From: Dehalococcoidia bacterium
Lineage (GTDB): Bacteria; Chloroflexota; Dehalococcoidia; Plut-88900
Length of the DNA: 64,000 bases
NCBI GenBank assembly: GCA_965197585.1
Contig: OZ240215.1
Location: 1,152,001-1,216,000, forward strand
Reading direction: 5' to 3'
The notes under the pieces are model-generated. The model worked only from the letters and a program-made list of their open reading frames with translations, did no database searches and was not told the DNA's origin. The position numbers and the translations under genes were made by a program. Within the stretch, counting starts at the first letter, position 1. Each line of letters begins with the position of its first letter. Positions 9,463-19,271 of the stretch are shown here, piece after piece.

Positions 9463-9846
9463 CTAGCTAGGAATACAAGCCGTCACCATAATCTCCACAA
9501 GCAAATCCGGCCTGTTCAACATTACCTCCACCGTCGCCCTGGGCGGCTTGCTCACAGTAAAGTGCTTGCCATACTCCTCATTGAAATCCGCAAGGTCCTC
9601 CCTCTTCGTAAGCCAGCAGTTCACCGACAATACGTTTTCCAAGTTCGTGCCCGCCGCGTCCAACACCCTTTTGATGCGCTCGATCGTGAAGCGAGTCTGT
9701 TCCGCCACACCCTCTCCCAGCTTCCCGGTATCCGGGTGCGTTCCGGTCTGTCCCGCCACGAAAACCAGGTCTCCAAATTTCGCACCTGGCGAAAGGTTCG
9801 GGTTCCCGCCCTTCATATCGACGTTGATAATTTCCTTCTTCGGCAT
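9463..9846 (-). CDS. RidA/YjgF family protein
   Basis: LVFVAGQTG, FNEEYGKHF, PPRATVEV, LVEI; start at MPKK behind SD AGGAGG. Confidence 0.9.
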   Translation of the reverse strand: MPKKEIINVDMKGGNPNLSPGAKFGDLVFVAGQTGTHPDTGKLGEGVAEQTRFTIERIKRVLDAAGTNLENVLSVNCWLTKREDLADFNEEYGKHFTVSKPPRATVEVMLNRPDLLVEIMVTACIPS

Positions 9847-9962
9847 TGCGATTCCTCCTGTATGAAATGTATTAGCCTGGGATCGGCACGAGGCCCTATA
9901 CCCCCCGCCCCGACCCAATGGGATAGTATATGAAATCCGCGTTACCGGTCTACACAAATACC

Positions 9963-11036
9963 ATGAACACCCACACCCTCCGATGCACCGCCTGCTCCCG
10001 AGACCACACCCCCGACATGCGTACCCTGCACTGCCAAGAGTGCGCCTCCCCCCTCGTGGTGGCCTATCCCTCTGATGCCGAACCTGTCCTCAATACATCC
10101 CCCGTCTCCCTCGGCGAAGGACACACCCCCGTTGTCCCCCTGCCCGCCATCGCCGACTCCCTCGGCCTGAACTCCATCTACGCCAAACTCGAATTCGCCA
10201 CCCCGACCGGCTCCTTCAAGGACCGAGGCACTGCCGTAATGCTCGCCGCCGCCCGAGAATTTGGCGTCGAGGAGATAGTCGAGGACTCATCCGGCAACGC
10301 CGGAGCCTCTGTCGCTGCCTACGCCGCCCGATGCGGCATCAAGGCCCACGTCTTCGCCCCCGACTCCGCCCCCGAGACTAAGCTCCGCCAGATCAAGGTC
10401 TACGGCGCAGAGCTACACCTAGTCCCCGGCCCCCGAGAAGCCGCCGCCGAGGCCGCCCTCGCCTTCTGCGAAGAACACAACCTCGTCTACGCCTCCCACA
10501 ACCTCAGCGCCTACTTCCTGGAGGGCACAAAGATCTTCGCCCACGAGCTTCCCGCAAACTTCCCGGACGGTCTCCCCGATCACATCGTCATGCCCGTCGG
10601 CAACGGCTCCCTCTTCCTGGGCGCGTGGCTCGGGCTTCGAGAATTGCAGCGCCACCGCGCTTTCAACACCCTCCCTAAACTCCACGTCGTACAGGCCGAG
10701 CTCGTCATGCCCTTAGTCGCCGCCTTCCGAGGCCAAACCTGGGCACCTGCTCCCGGCTCCCGAACCATTGCTGGCGGCATCTCCGTCGCCGACCCGCCCA
10801 GACTCGCCCACGTCCTCAGCATCCTCCGAGAGTCCGGCGGCGACGCCGTCGCCGTCCCCGACTCCGAAATCAAGTCCTGGCAAACATGCCTTGCCGAGAC
10901 CGAGGGCCTCTTCTGCGAACCCACTTCCGCAGCCGCTTTCGCCGGTCTCCCCAAGTCAATTGAGGCTGGCACAATCAGCCCTTCCGACACCGTCCTTGTC
11001 CCCATCACCGGCTCCGGCCTAAAAGACCCGACCTAA
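9963..11036 (+). CDS. Threonine synthase-like PLP fold-II enzyme
   Basis: N-terminal CxxC...CxxC, SLGEGHTP, PTGSFKDRG, DSSGNAGAS, EPTSA, TGSGLK. Confidence 0.85.
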   Translation: MNTHTLRCTACSRDHTPDMRTLHCQECASPLVVAYPSDAEPVLNTSPVSLGEGHTPVVPLPAIADSLGLNSIYAKLEFATPTGSFKDRGTAVMLAAAREFGVEEIVEDSSGNAGASVAAYAARCGIKAHVFAPDSAPETKLRQIKVYGAELHLVPGPREAAAEAALAFCEEHNLVYASHNLSAYFLEGTKIFAHELPANFPDGLPDHIVMPVGNGSLFLGAWLGLRELQRHRAFNTLPKLHVVQAELVMPLVAAFRGQTWAPAPGSRTIAGGISVADPPRLAHVLSILRESGGDAVAVPDSEIKSWQTCLAETEGLFCEPTSAAAFAGLPKSIEAGTISPSDTVLVPITGSGLKDPT

Positions 11037-11087
11037 TCCCGATGTTGTATCATGGCCTCCCCGACTAACCCCCACCAGGAGCCAACC

Positions 11088-12665
11088 ATGCCCACCCCCC
11101 TCCGCCCCTCCCTCGCCCCTTACGAAGCCTACCCTCTCTTCGAAGTCCTTCAGTGCACCGCCTCCCGCCTCCCCGACAAAACTGCCGTCATCGACGGTGA
11201 CCGCACCTTCACCTTCGCACAGCTTAATGCCCAGAGCGACAGCTTCGCCACCGCGCTCACCAGTCTCGGCATGGTAAAGGGCGATCGCGTCGGCCTCTTT
11301 GCCCCCAACTGCGCCGAGTTCGTTACCGCCTACTTCGGCATCCTTAAGACCGGCGCAATCGTAGCCCCGGCAAACGCCGCCTACCGCGCCCGAGAACTCA
11401 CCAACCAGATGGACAACTCCGGTGTGAAAGTGCTCGTATCTCATCAGGCCAACCTTCCCGTCGTCGAAGCCGCCCGACCCGACCTCCCCGGCTTGAAAAC
11501 CGTCATCAACGTCGGCTCAAATGCCCCCGACACCCTGAACTTTGACCAGCTTGTCTCCGAATCCGAACCCTCGCCCCCTTCCGTCACCATCGATCCGAAA
11601 GAAGACCTCGCCGCCCTGCCCTCTTCCAGCGGCACCACCGGCCTCCCCAAGGGCGTCATGCTCACCCACTTCAACCTCACCAGCAACCTCGAACAGACCC
11701 TCAATCGCCCCGGCGAGGCCTCTGCCCCCACCGATGAGGACGTCCTTTTGGTCCACCTCCCCCTCTTTCACAGCTACGGTATGACCGTTCTGATGAACAC
11801 CGCCATCGCCGCCGGGGCCACCCAGGTCCACATGGGCCGCTTCGACATGGACCTCTTCCTCGACCTCGTCCCCCGGCACCGCATCACCATGATCTTCACC
11901 GTCCCCCCCGTCGTCCTCGGGGTGGCCCAGGTCCCGGGCATCGAGTCCCATGACCTCTCTTCCCTCCGGGTCTGCCTCTCCGGCGCCGCACCCCTCTCCG
12001 AGGAGCTTCAGACCCGATTTGAACGACTGACCGGCGTCCCGACCGTCCAGGGCTACGGCCTCACCGAGACCTCACCCGTCACAAACATGGATTTCGTAGA
12101 GCTAGCCCGCCGGCGCCCCGGCTCCATAGGCCCGCCAACCGCAGACACCGATGAGAAGATCGTCGACCCCGAAGACGGTTCCCGTGAGCTTGCCCCCGGC
12201 GAGATCGGCGAGCTGATCATCCGCGGCCCTCAGGTCATGAAAGGCTACTGGCACAACCCCGAGGCCACCGCCGAAACCATTAAGGACGGTTGGCTTTACA
12301 CCGGCGACATGGCCCACATGGACCCCGACGGCTACGTCTACATCGTCGACCGGAAGAAGGAGCTGATCAAGTACAAGGGTTTCCAGGTCGCGCCCGCCGA
12401 GATGGAGGCCCTCCTCCTCGAACACCCTAACGTCGCCGACGTTGCTGTGGTCGGCAAACCCAACGAAGAGGCCGGCGAGCTTCCCAAGGCCTACGTGGTC
12501 GCCAAGGATTCCTCCCTCACCGCCGCCGACGTCATGTCCTTCGTCGCCGAACGCGTCGCCGGATTCAAGAAAATCCGCGAGGTTGAGTTCATCGAGGAAA
12601 TTCCCAAGAGTCCATCCGGCAAGATCCTCCGCCGCGTCCTCAGCGACATGGAACGGGCCCGTTAA
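11088..12665 (+). CDS. AMP-dependent acyl-CoA synthetase (4-coumarate/long-chain fatty acid CoA ligase-like)
   Basis: SSGTTGLPKGV, QGYGLTE, GWLYTGD, VDRKKELIKYKG, SGKILRR. Confidence 0.93.
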   Translation: MPTPLRPSLAPYEAYPLFEVLQCTASRLPDKTAVIDGDRTFTFAQLNAQSDSFATALTSLGMVKGDRVGLFAPNCAEFVTAYFGILKTGAIVAPANAAYRARELTNQMDNSGVKVLVSHQANLPVVEAARPDLPGLKTVINVGSNAPDTLNFDQLVSESEPSPPSVTIDPKEDLAALPSSSGTTGLPKGVMLTHFNLTSNLEQTLNRPGEASAPTDEDVLLVHLPLFHSYGMTVLMNTAIAAGATQVHMGRFDMDLFLDLVPRHRITMIFTVPPVVLGVAQVPGIESHDLSSLRVCLSGAAPLSEELQTRFERLTGVPTVQGYGLTETSPVTNMDFVELARRRPGSIGPPTADTDEKIVDPEDGSRELAPGEIGELIIRGPQVMKGYWHNPEATAETIKDGWLYTGDMAHMDPDGYVYIVDRKKELIKYKGFQVAPAEMEALLLEHPNVADVAVVGKPNEEAGELPKAYVVAKDSSLTAADVMSFVAERVAGFKKIREVEFIEEIPKSPSGKILRRVLSDMERAR

Positions 12666-12743
12666 CCTCGGTTCGGTTTATGGTAGCGCATGCCTGTGCA
12701 TTTTACATAATGGCCTTATCGACGAAGGGATACCCCTAGGCCC

Positions 12744-13922
12744 ATGCCCCGGCTCTTGGAAGTCCTACTCGTTGCCACCCGACTGGGACTCACGTCCTTC
12801 GGCGGCCCCATTGCCCACATCGGCTACTTCCGCGACGAGTACGTAGTCCGACGCAACTGGCTCACCGAGCAGCGTTTCGCCGAGCTAGTAGCCCTCTGCC
12901 AGTTCTTGCCCGGCCCCGCCAGCAGCCAGCTTGGCATGGCCATGGGTATGCGTCGTGCCGGATTCTTCGGTGCCCTTGCCGCGTGGCTCGGGTTCACCCT
13001 CCCTTCAGCAATCGCCCTGGTCCTCTTCGCATATGGTGTGGAGGAACTCGGCGGAGAGGCCACAGAATGGTTGCACGGCCTGAAGGTCGTGGCCGTTGCG
13101 GTTGTCGTCCTCGCCTTGTGGGGCATGGGCAAAACCCTCGCCCCCGACAGATCCCGAGTCACCATCGCCGTCTTGGCCGCCGCAGCGCTCCTTTTCACGG
13201 ACGGCGTGGTGATACAGCTTGCCGTCATTACAGGAGGAGCCATCCTGGGCCTCGCCTTCCTCCGCCCGACCACCCCCGCCCAATCCCCACCCCCCGACAA
13301 ACAGACCGGCGCGGGCGTCGGGGCCCTCGCCATTGTTATCTTCCTTGGGCTCCTAATAGCCCTTCCTGTCGCAAACCACTTCCTCGACAACTTCTCCCTC
13401 GCCCTGTCCGATAGCTTCTACCGCTCCGGGGCCCTCGTGTTTGGCGGCGGGCACGTCGTCCTCCCCCTGCTGGAGGCGGAAGTCGTCCCGACAGACTGGG
13501 TAACCAAGGACGACTTCCTCGCTGGCTACGGTGCGGCCCAGGCCGTCCCGGGCCCCTTGTTCACCTTCTCGGCGTATCTGGGAACAGTGTCGGGAGTACT
13601 ATCTCCTCGTTGGCTCGGAGGCCTGCTGACTCTCGGCGCGATATTCCTGCCCTCCCTGCTGCTCGTCGTGGGTGTGCTTCCCTTCTGGGAGCGGCTGCGA
13701 GGCTTCACGCATGTGCGGGGAGCGCTGTTGGGCGTCAACGCTGCAGTCGTCGGCATCCTCTTGGCAGCCCTCTACGACCCCGTCTGGACCAGTGCAATCA
13801 CCTCCCCCAAGGATTTCGCCCTAGCCGCCGCTGCGTTCGCACTTCTAGCCTTCTGGAAAGCCCCACCTTGGCTGGTAGTCCTGTTGACTGGTGGAGCCGG
13901 GGCCCTCCTTAACCTGATGTAG
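12744..13922 (+). CDS. chrA: Chromate efflux transporter (long-chain CHR)
   Basis: LGLTSFGGP, CQFLPGPASSQ, GALVFGGGHVVLP, AQAVPGP. Confidence 0.92.
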   Translation: MPRLLEVLLVATRLGLTSFGGPIAHIGYFRDEYVVRRNWLTEQRFAELVALCQFLPGPASSQLGMAMGMRRAGFFGALAAWLGFTLPSAIALVLFAYGVEELGGEATEWLHGLKVVAVAVVVLALWGMGKTLAPDRSRVTIAVLAAAALLFTDGVVIQLAVITGGAILGLAFLRPTTPAQSPPPDKQTGAGVGALAIVIFLGLLIALPVANHFLDNFSLALSDSFYRSGALVFGGGHVVLPLLEAEVVPTDWVTKDDFLAGYGAAQAVPGPLFTFSAYLGTVSGVLSPRWLGGLLTLGAIFLPSLLLVVGVLPFWERLRGFTHVRGALLGVNAAVVGILLAALYDPVWTSAITSPKDFALAAAAFALLAFWKAPPWLVVLLTGGAGALLNLM

Positions 13923-14038
13923 GACCCTACAGGCGTGTTCTCTGCTTGCAGTTGCTCTGTAAATTGACCCCTAAAATCAAGGGTGCTATCCTCAATCCCA
14001 ACTTCGTGCCGGACGCCCGAGTCCGAAGGAGGACGCCC

Positions 14039-14257
14039 GTGTACACACTGATCAGGTCCCTGCCCCTGCGCTCGCTTCTCGCCGCCCAGGCCCCGGCTCT
14101 GGCTGCCTCCTGGCTTATCGCGGAGCTCCTTTACAAGTTCGGCAGCTTCACGTTGGAGCTTGCCGCCTTCTTCGCCACCTGGTTTGTCATAGACACCGTT
14201 CTATCCTTCGCGCTCCGCTTCTTTTCTAAGCGAAAGACCGGCGACTCCCAAGCCTGA
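14039..14257 (+). CDS. Small hypothetical membrane protein (72 aa)
   Basis: GTG behind AAGGAGG; two hydrophobic stretches around IAELLYKFGSFTLE. Confidence 0.7.
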   Translation: MYTLIRSLPLRSLLAAQAPALAASWLIAELLYKFGSFTLELAAFFATWFVIDTVLSFALRFFSKRKTGDSQA

Positions 14258-14305
14258 TTCCCTACGCTCCCTTCAAATTAATCTCATCGGCTCTGGAGGA
14301 CTTGA

Positions 14306-17300
14306 ATGGCCTTTGACCAGTCCCTCCTTCGCACAATGGAGTGGCGGTGCATAGGCCCGCCACGCGGCGGCCGAGTCGTCGCCGTTACCGGTGACCCCGC
14401 CGACCCCATGACCTTCTACTTCGGCGCTTGCGCTGGGGGCGTATGGAAGTCCGACGATGGCGGCGCATACTGGCAAAACGTCTCCGACGGCTATTTCAAG
14501 ACCGCTGCCGTCGGCGCTATTGCCGTCGCAGAGTCCGACCCCAACGTGGTCTACGCCGGCATGGGCGAGTCCTGCATCCGCACCGACGTCTCCCACGGCG
14601 ACGGCGTCTATCGCTCCTCAGACGCTGGCCGCTCCTGGTCGAATATCGGCCTGCAAAACACCCGCCACATCTCCAGGGTCCGTGTCCACCCAACCAACCC
14701 TGACCTGGTCTACGTGGCCGCCCTGGGCCACGCCTGGGGCCCCAACCCCGAGCGCGGCATTTTCCGCTCCCCCGACGGTGGGCAATCCTGGGAGCACGTC
14801 CTGTACAAGAACGACACCACCGGCGCTGCAGACCTTTCCCTGGACCCCAACAACCCCCGGATAATGTTCGCCGCCCTATGGCAAGTCCAACGTTATCCCT
14901 GGGCATTGTCCAGCGGCGGCCCCGGAAGCGGCATCTACCGTTCGACCGACGGCGGACTTACCTGGCAGGATGTCACCCGTAACCCGGGCCTCCCCGAAGG
15001 CATCATGGGCCGCATAGGCATCGCCGTATCCCCTGCCAAACCGGGCCGGCTCTGGGCCACCATCGAGTCCGAGGACGCAGGCCTCTTCCGCTCCGACGAC
15101 TACGGCGACACCTGGTCCCTGGTCAGCGACAACCGAGACCTCCAGGGCAGGCCCTGGTACTACCAGCACGTCTTCGCCGACACCAAGGACCCCGACTCCC
15201 TCTGGATTCTCAACTACAAGACCTGGAAGTCCATCGACGGTGGCGCAAACTTCTTCGAGGTCACCACACCCCACGACGACAACCACGACCTCTGGATCGA
15301 CTCCAAGAACCCTCTCCGCATGATCGAAGGGAACGACGGCGGCGCTTGCGTATCTTTCAACGGCGGCGAGACCTGGTCTTCCATCTATAACCAGATGACC
15401 GCTCAGTTCTATCACGTCACCGCCGACAAACGGACCCCATACCGTGTCTACGGCACCCAACAGGACAACACTTCCGTCAGCGTCCCTTCCCGCAACAGGA
15501 AGGGCGCGATCACGTGGGAAGAGTGCCGCGTCGTCGGCTCCGGCGAAAGCGGCCACATCGCCGTCCACCCCGACAATCCAAACGTCGTCTTCGCTGGGGC
15601 CATCGGCAGCTCTCCCGGCGGTGGTGGCAACCTCCTCCGCTACGACTACGCCGCCGACCAGACCCGCATCATCACCGTCTGGCCCGAGCTATACACCGGC
15701 CTCGGCGCGAAGGAGATGAAGTACCGCTTCCAGTGGACCTATCCCATCTCCTTCTCCCCCCACAACCCCGACACCCTCTACGTTGCGGGCAACCGTCTCT
15801 TTGCCTCCCGAGACCAGGGCCAAAGCTGGCAGCTCCTCAGCCCCGACCTCACCCGCGACGACCCTTCCACCCAGGAACCCTCCGGCGGCCCCATAACCAG
15901 GGACACATCCGGGGCCGAGGTCTACGGCACAATATTCGCCTTCGCCGAGTCCCCCGTCGAGCCCGGTCTCTTCTGGGCAGGCTCCGACGACGGCCTCATC
16001 CACGTCTCCCGGGGTGGTGGGCATTTCTGGACCAACGTCACCCCTAAAGGACTGCCCGATTGGGCCCTCGTCTGCAACATAGAGCCTTCATGTCATGACC
16101 CCGCCGTAGCCTATATCTGTGCCACCCGCTACCGTCTCGACGACACCCGTCCCTATCTCTTCAGGACCGCCGACTACGGCCAGACCTGGACGCCCATCGT
16201 CGACGGCATTCCGGTTGACGACTTCACCCGCGTACTGAAGGAAGACCCGGAACAACCCGGCCTCCTCTACGCCGGCACCGAGACCTCCATCTACTTCTCT
16301 GCTGACAACGGCGATTCCTGGCACCCCCTTTCCGCCAACCTTCCCAGCGTCCCCGTCTACGACCTCACCGTCCAGGGCAACGAAATGGCCGTCGCCAGCC
16401 ACGGGCGTGGCTTCTGGATTCTCGACGACCTTCACCTCCTACGCCAGCTGGCCGAGTTCGAAGGCTCCGGCAGAGCGCATCTCTTCGCAACTAAGGATAC
16501 CCTCAGGATGCCCGGCCCCAAGGAGACCAGCGGCAAGGCAACGGCGGGCGTTTCCACCTCCGTGGGCAAGAAGTACCGCATCGCCCTCGAGACCCCCGCC
16601 ACCTACTTTGAGACTCCTCGACCCGGGCTAAAGCCCCGACGCGTTTTCCTAAATGCCGGCCAGAACCCCGAGGAAGGCGTCGCCTTCGACTACTTCCTCG
16701 AAAGCGCTGCCCAGTCCGCATCCTTAAGTATTCTCGACAGCCAGGATCGCGTCGCCGTCTCCTGCACCCCGGATTCCGAAGACACATCCCTCCCCACAGC
16801 CCAGGGCATCAACCGCTTCGTCTGGGACATGCACTATCCTCCCGGCATCAAGCTCCCCGGTGACAAGACCACCGAGGACGATGTCGCTTCCGGCCCCCTC
16901 GCCCCTCCCGGCCTCTACAAGGTGCGCCTAAATATCGATGGCGCTTTGCATGAGGAACAGTTCCGCATTGTCAAAGACCCCAACTCCGCGGTAACCGACA
17001 ACGATCTCGTCTCCCAGTTCGACCTCCTCATGCAGGTCCACGCCAAAGTCTCCGAGACTCATCTCGGACTGATCAGGCTCCGCAGCATCTCCGATCAGGT
17101 TGCCCAGTGGCGTGAGCGAGCGTTGGGGATGGGTGCAGAGGAGGCCGTGTCCACCGCCGACGAAATATTGGAAACCCTCGGCGACGTCGAAGAGCAGCTC
17201 GTCCAGACCCGGTTCAAGGGTGCCCGAGACCGGCTCCACTACCCCGTCCGACTCAATAAGAAACTCTCCGAGCTCACCAAGGTCGTCGGCGCAGGGGACT

Positions 17301-17467
17301 ACCCTCCCACCGACCAGGCCCGAGCCGTCTTCCTAGATATCTCCGCCCGCATCGATCAACAGCTGGTCCGGTTGGAAGAAACCATCCTGACCGGCCTCGC
17401 CAAGTTCAATGATCAAGTGGGTTCGCTGGGCTTAATCCCCGTGGACGTGAACACCAGCCAGCCTTGA
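14306..17467 (+). CDS. VPS10/BNR (Asp-box) beta-propeller glycosyl hydrolase-like protein
   Basis: WRCIGPPRGGRV start, repeated SxDxGxTW Asp-boxes, GNDGG, SHGRGFWILDD. Confidence 0.88.
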   Translation: MAFDQSLLRTMEWRCIGPPRGGRVVAVTGDPADPMTFYFGACAGGVWKSDDGGAYWQNVSDGYFKTAAVGAIAVAESDPNVVYAGMGESCIRTDVSHGDGVYRSSDAGRSWSNIGLQNTRHISRVRVHPTNPDLVYVAALGHAWGPNPERGIFRSPDGGQSWEHVLYKNDTTGAADLSLDPNNPRIMFAALWQVQRYPWALSSGGPGSGIYRSTDGGLTWQDVTRNPGLPEGIMGRIGIAVSPAKPGRLWATIESEDAGLFRSDDYGDTWSLVSDNRDLQGRPWYYQHVFADTKDPDSLWILNYKTWKSIDGGANFFEVTTPHDDNHDLWIDSKNPLRMIEGNDGGACVSFNGGETWSSIYNQMTAQFYHVTADKRTPYRVYGTQQDNTSVSVPSRNRKGAITWEECRVVGSGESGHIAVHPDNPNVVFAGAIGSSPGGGGNLLRYDYAADQTRIITVWPELYTGLGAKEMKYRFQWTYPISFSPHNPDTLYVAGNRLFASRDQGQSWQLLSPDLTRDDPSTQEPSGGPITRDTSGAEVYGTIFAFAESPVEPGLFWAGSDDGLIHVSRGGGHFWTNVTPKGLPDWALVCNIEPSCHDPAVAYICATRYRLDDTRPYLFRTADYGQTWTPIVDGIPVDDFTRVLKEDPEQPGLLYAGTETSIYFSADNGDSWHPLSANLPSVPVYDLTVQGNEMAVASHGRGFWILDDLHLLRQLAEFEGSGRAHLFATKDTLRMPGPKETSGKATAGVSTSVGKKYRIALETPATYFETPRPGLKPRRVFLNAGQNPEEGVAFDYFLESAAQSASLSILDSQDRVAVSCTPDSEDTSLPTAQGINRFVWDMHYPPGIKLPGDKTTEDDVASGPLAPPGLYKVRLNIDGALHEEQFRIVKDPNSAVTDNDLVSQFDLLMQVHAKVSETHLGLIRLRSISDQVAQWRERALGMGAEEAVSTADEILETLGDVEEQLVQTRFKGARDRLHYPVRLNKKLSELTKVVGAGDYPPTDQARAVFLDISARIDQQLVRLEETILTGLAKFNDQVGSLGLIPVDVNTSQP

Positions 17468-17489
17468 GACTCGACATAAGGAGCGTAAA

Positions 17490-18626
17490 GTGCCGGACCA
17501 AACCCGACAACCCCTCGCCAATATCGAACGTCTGAAAGAGCACATGGCCGCCGAGGGCCTCGCCGCCGTGGTAGCACGGTCCGGCAAGAACTTCGCATAC
17601 CTCTCGGGTGTCGCCTTCCCCGGTACCCTCGCCCGGCACCTTGACCTCGCAGACTCCCCCCGAGACGTCTTTTGCATCTGGCCTCTGGACGGCGAGCCCG
17701 TCATCATTATCAGCGCCTTGGGCGTTCCCGTCGTCGAACGAGACTCCTGGGTGGCGAGGCTGGAGGTCGTTCAGGACTACGTCGAATCACCCCGCCAAAA
17801 GCTCGCCGCCGTGCTCACCGATATGGGCGTAGCCGACGCAAAAATCGGCATGGAGGCCTCCTACGTCAACGCCGCCCGGTGGGCCGAGATGCAATCTCTC
17901 CTTCCCAACGCCCAATTTGTCGACTGCACGTCCCTCATGAACTCAGTCCGCTGGATCAAGACCGACGCCGAGGTCGCTCTCCTCAAAGAAGCCGCGGACA
18001 TCCAGGACGACGCCCACCTCGAAGTCTTCCCAACCATCCATCCCGGCGACCGGGAGAGGGACGTTCACAGCCGATTCATGAAGAGCCATCTGGAGAGGGG
18101 CTGCCATTTCGTCCACGGCGTCCTCACCTCTCACCGCAACCCCTCCATGTACCTTGGAGAGAGCGACCTTGTCATTGAGGCAGGCGACATAATCCGCACC
18201 GACTACGTTTCCTACCTCCACGGCTACCCCGGCCACCAGTCCCGCATGGCCGTCGTCGGCCAACCCACCCCCGACCAGGCCCGCACGTACGCCGAATACC
18301 GGGACATCTACCTGAAACTCATCGAAAAATGCACCATTGGCACCAAGGTCAGTGAGCTTTACTTCTTCGGCAGGGAGATGCTGCTGGCCAAGGGTTTCCC
18401 CCACAACCCCGCATCCTTTGTCGGCCACAGTGTTGGTAGCTGGTGGCACCAGCAGGAGCCCTTCCTGGTAAAGGGTTGGGACGTTGAGATCGCCGAGAAC
18501 ATGGTCCTCGCCATCGAACCCTACGTCGACTACTGGCATCTCCAGGACATGGTCCACGTCACCAAAGACGGCCCCCAAGTCCTCTCCAACCGCTTCGACA
18601 CCTCTAGCCTTTTTGTCACACAATAG
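17490..18626 (+). CDS. M24 family (Xaa-Pro peptidase/creatinase-like) hydrolase
   Basis: NFAYLSG, VRWIKTDAEV, GHSVG, MVLAIEP. Confidence 0.85.
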   Translation: MPDQTRQPLANIERLKEHMAAEGLAAVVARSGKNFAYLSGVAFPGTLARHLDLADSPRDVFCIWPLDGEPVIIISALGVPVVERDSWVARLEVVQDYVESPRQKLAAVLTDMGVADAKIGMEASYVNAARWAEMQSLLPNAQFVDCTSLMNSVRWIKTDAEVALLKEAADIQDDAHLEVFPTIHPGDRERDVHSRFMKSHLERGCHFVHGVLTSHRNPSMYLGESDLVIEAGDIIRTDYVSYLHGYPGHQSRMAVVGQPTPDQARTYAEYRDIYLKLIEKCTIGTKVSELYFFGREMLLAKGFPHNPASFVGHSVGSWWHQQEPFLVKGWDVEIAENMVLAIEPYVDYWHLQDMVHVTKDGPQVLSNRFDTSSLFVTQ

Positions 18627-18689
18627 TTCTCCATTGGGGCGCCTGGTTATAGTATAATTGTGGCAGTTGCACCTATTTAGGAGCGCACA

Positions 18690-19244
18690 ATGGTTGAAAT
18701 CAAACTCAATAACCTGACTTACGAGGACTATCTCAAGACTCCCGACGATGAGCGGTGGGAACTCCTCAACGGAGAATTGTTGATGGCAGCTAGCCCCAAC
18801 ACCGCCCACCAGACCGTGACGGGCAACATATTTTTGCACCTGTCCATATTCGTGAGGGACAGTGGATTAGGCAGGGTCTTCGTCGCCCCGTACGACGTTA
18901 TTCTCTCTTCCCATAACGTACTCCAACCGGATGTCCTGTTTGTGCCTGAAGAGCAGCGTTCAATCATTACCGCCGACAATGTTAACGGCTCCCCAGCATT
19001 GGTTGTTGAGGTGATGTCACCTTCTTCCGGGACCCGAGACCGGGAAATCAAGCGGCGCATTTACGCTCAGCAAGGAGTTGGAGAGTACTGGCTGGTGGAT
19101 CCTGTCGCATACACCATCTCCGTCATGGTTCTGCAAGGTGAACAGTTTCGGGAAGTGGGCGTGTACGGCCCGGAGGATGTCCTTACCTCTCCGGCGCTGC
19201 CGGGGCTCGCCCTTGAGGGTCGGGATATTTTCGCGGATGTTTGA
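18690..19244 (+). CDS. Uma2 family PD-(D/E)xK endonuclease-like protein
   Basis: ELLNGEL, QPDV, LVVEVMSPS, KRRIY, EYWLVDP. Confidence 0.92.
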   Translation: MVEIKLNNLTYEDYLKTPDDERWELLNGELLMAASPNTAHQTVTGNIFLHLSIFVRDSGLGRVFVAPYDVILSSHNVLQPDVLFVPEEQRSIITADNVNGSPALVVEVMSPSSGTRDREIKRRIYAQQGVGEYWLVDPVAYTISVMVLQGEQFREVGVYGPEDVLTSPALPGLALEGRDIFADV

Positions 19245-19271
19245 CCGTCCTGCGGCGACCGGATAGTGAGG

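Noticed and set aside
18690-19244. Uma2 gene as part of a defence system
   Set aside because: Standalone, common multicopy family; no partner genes nearby.
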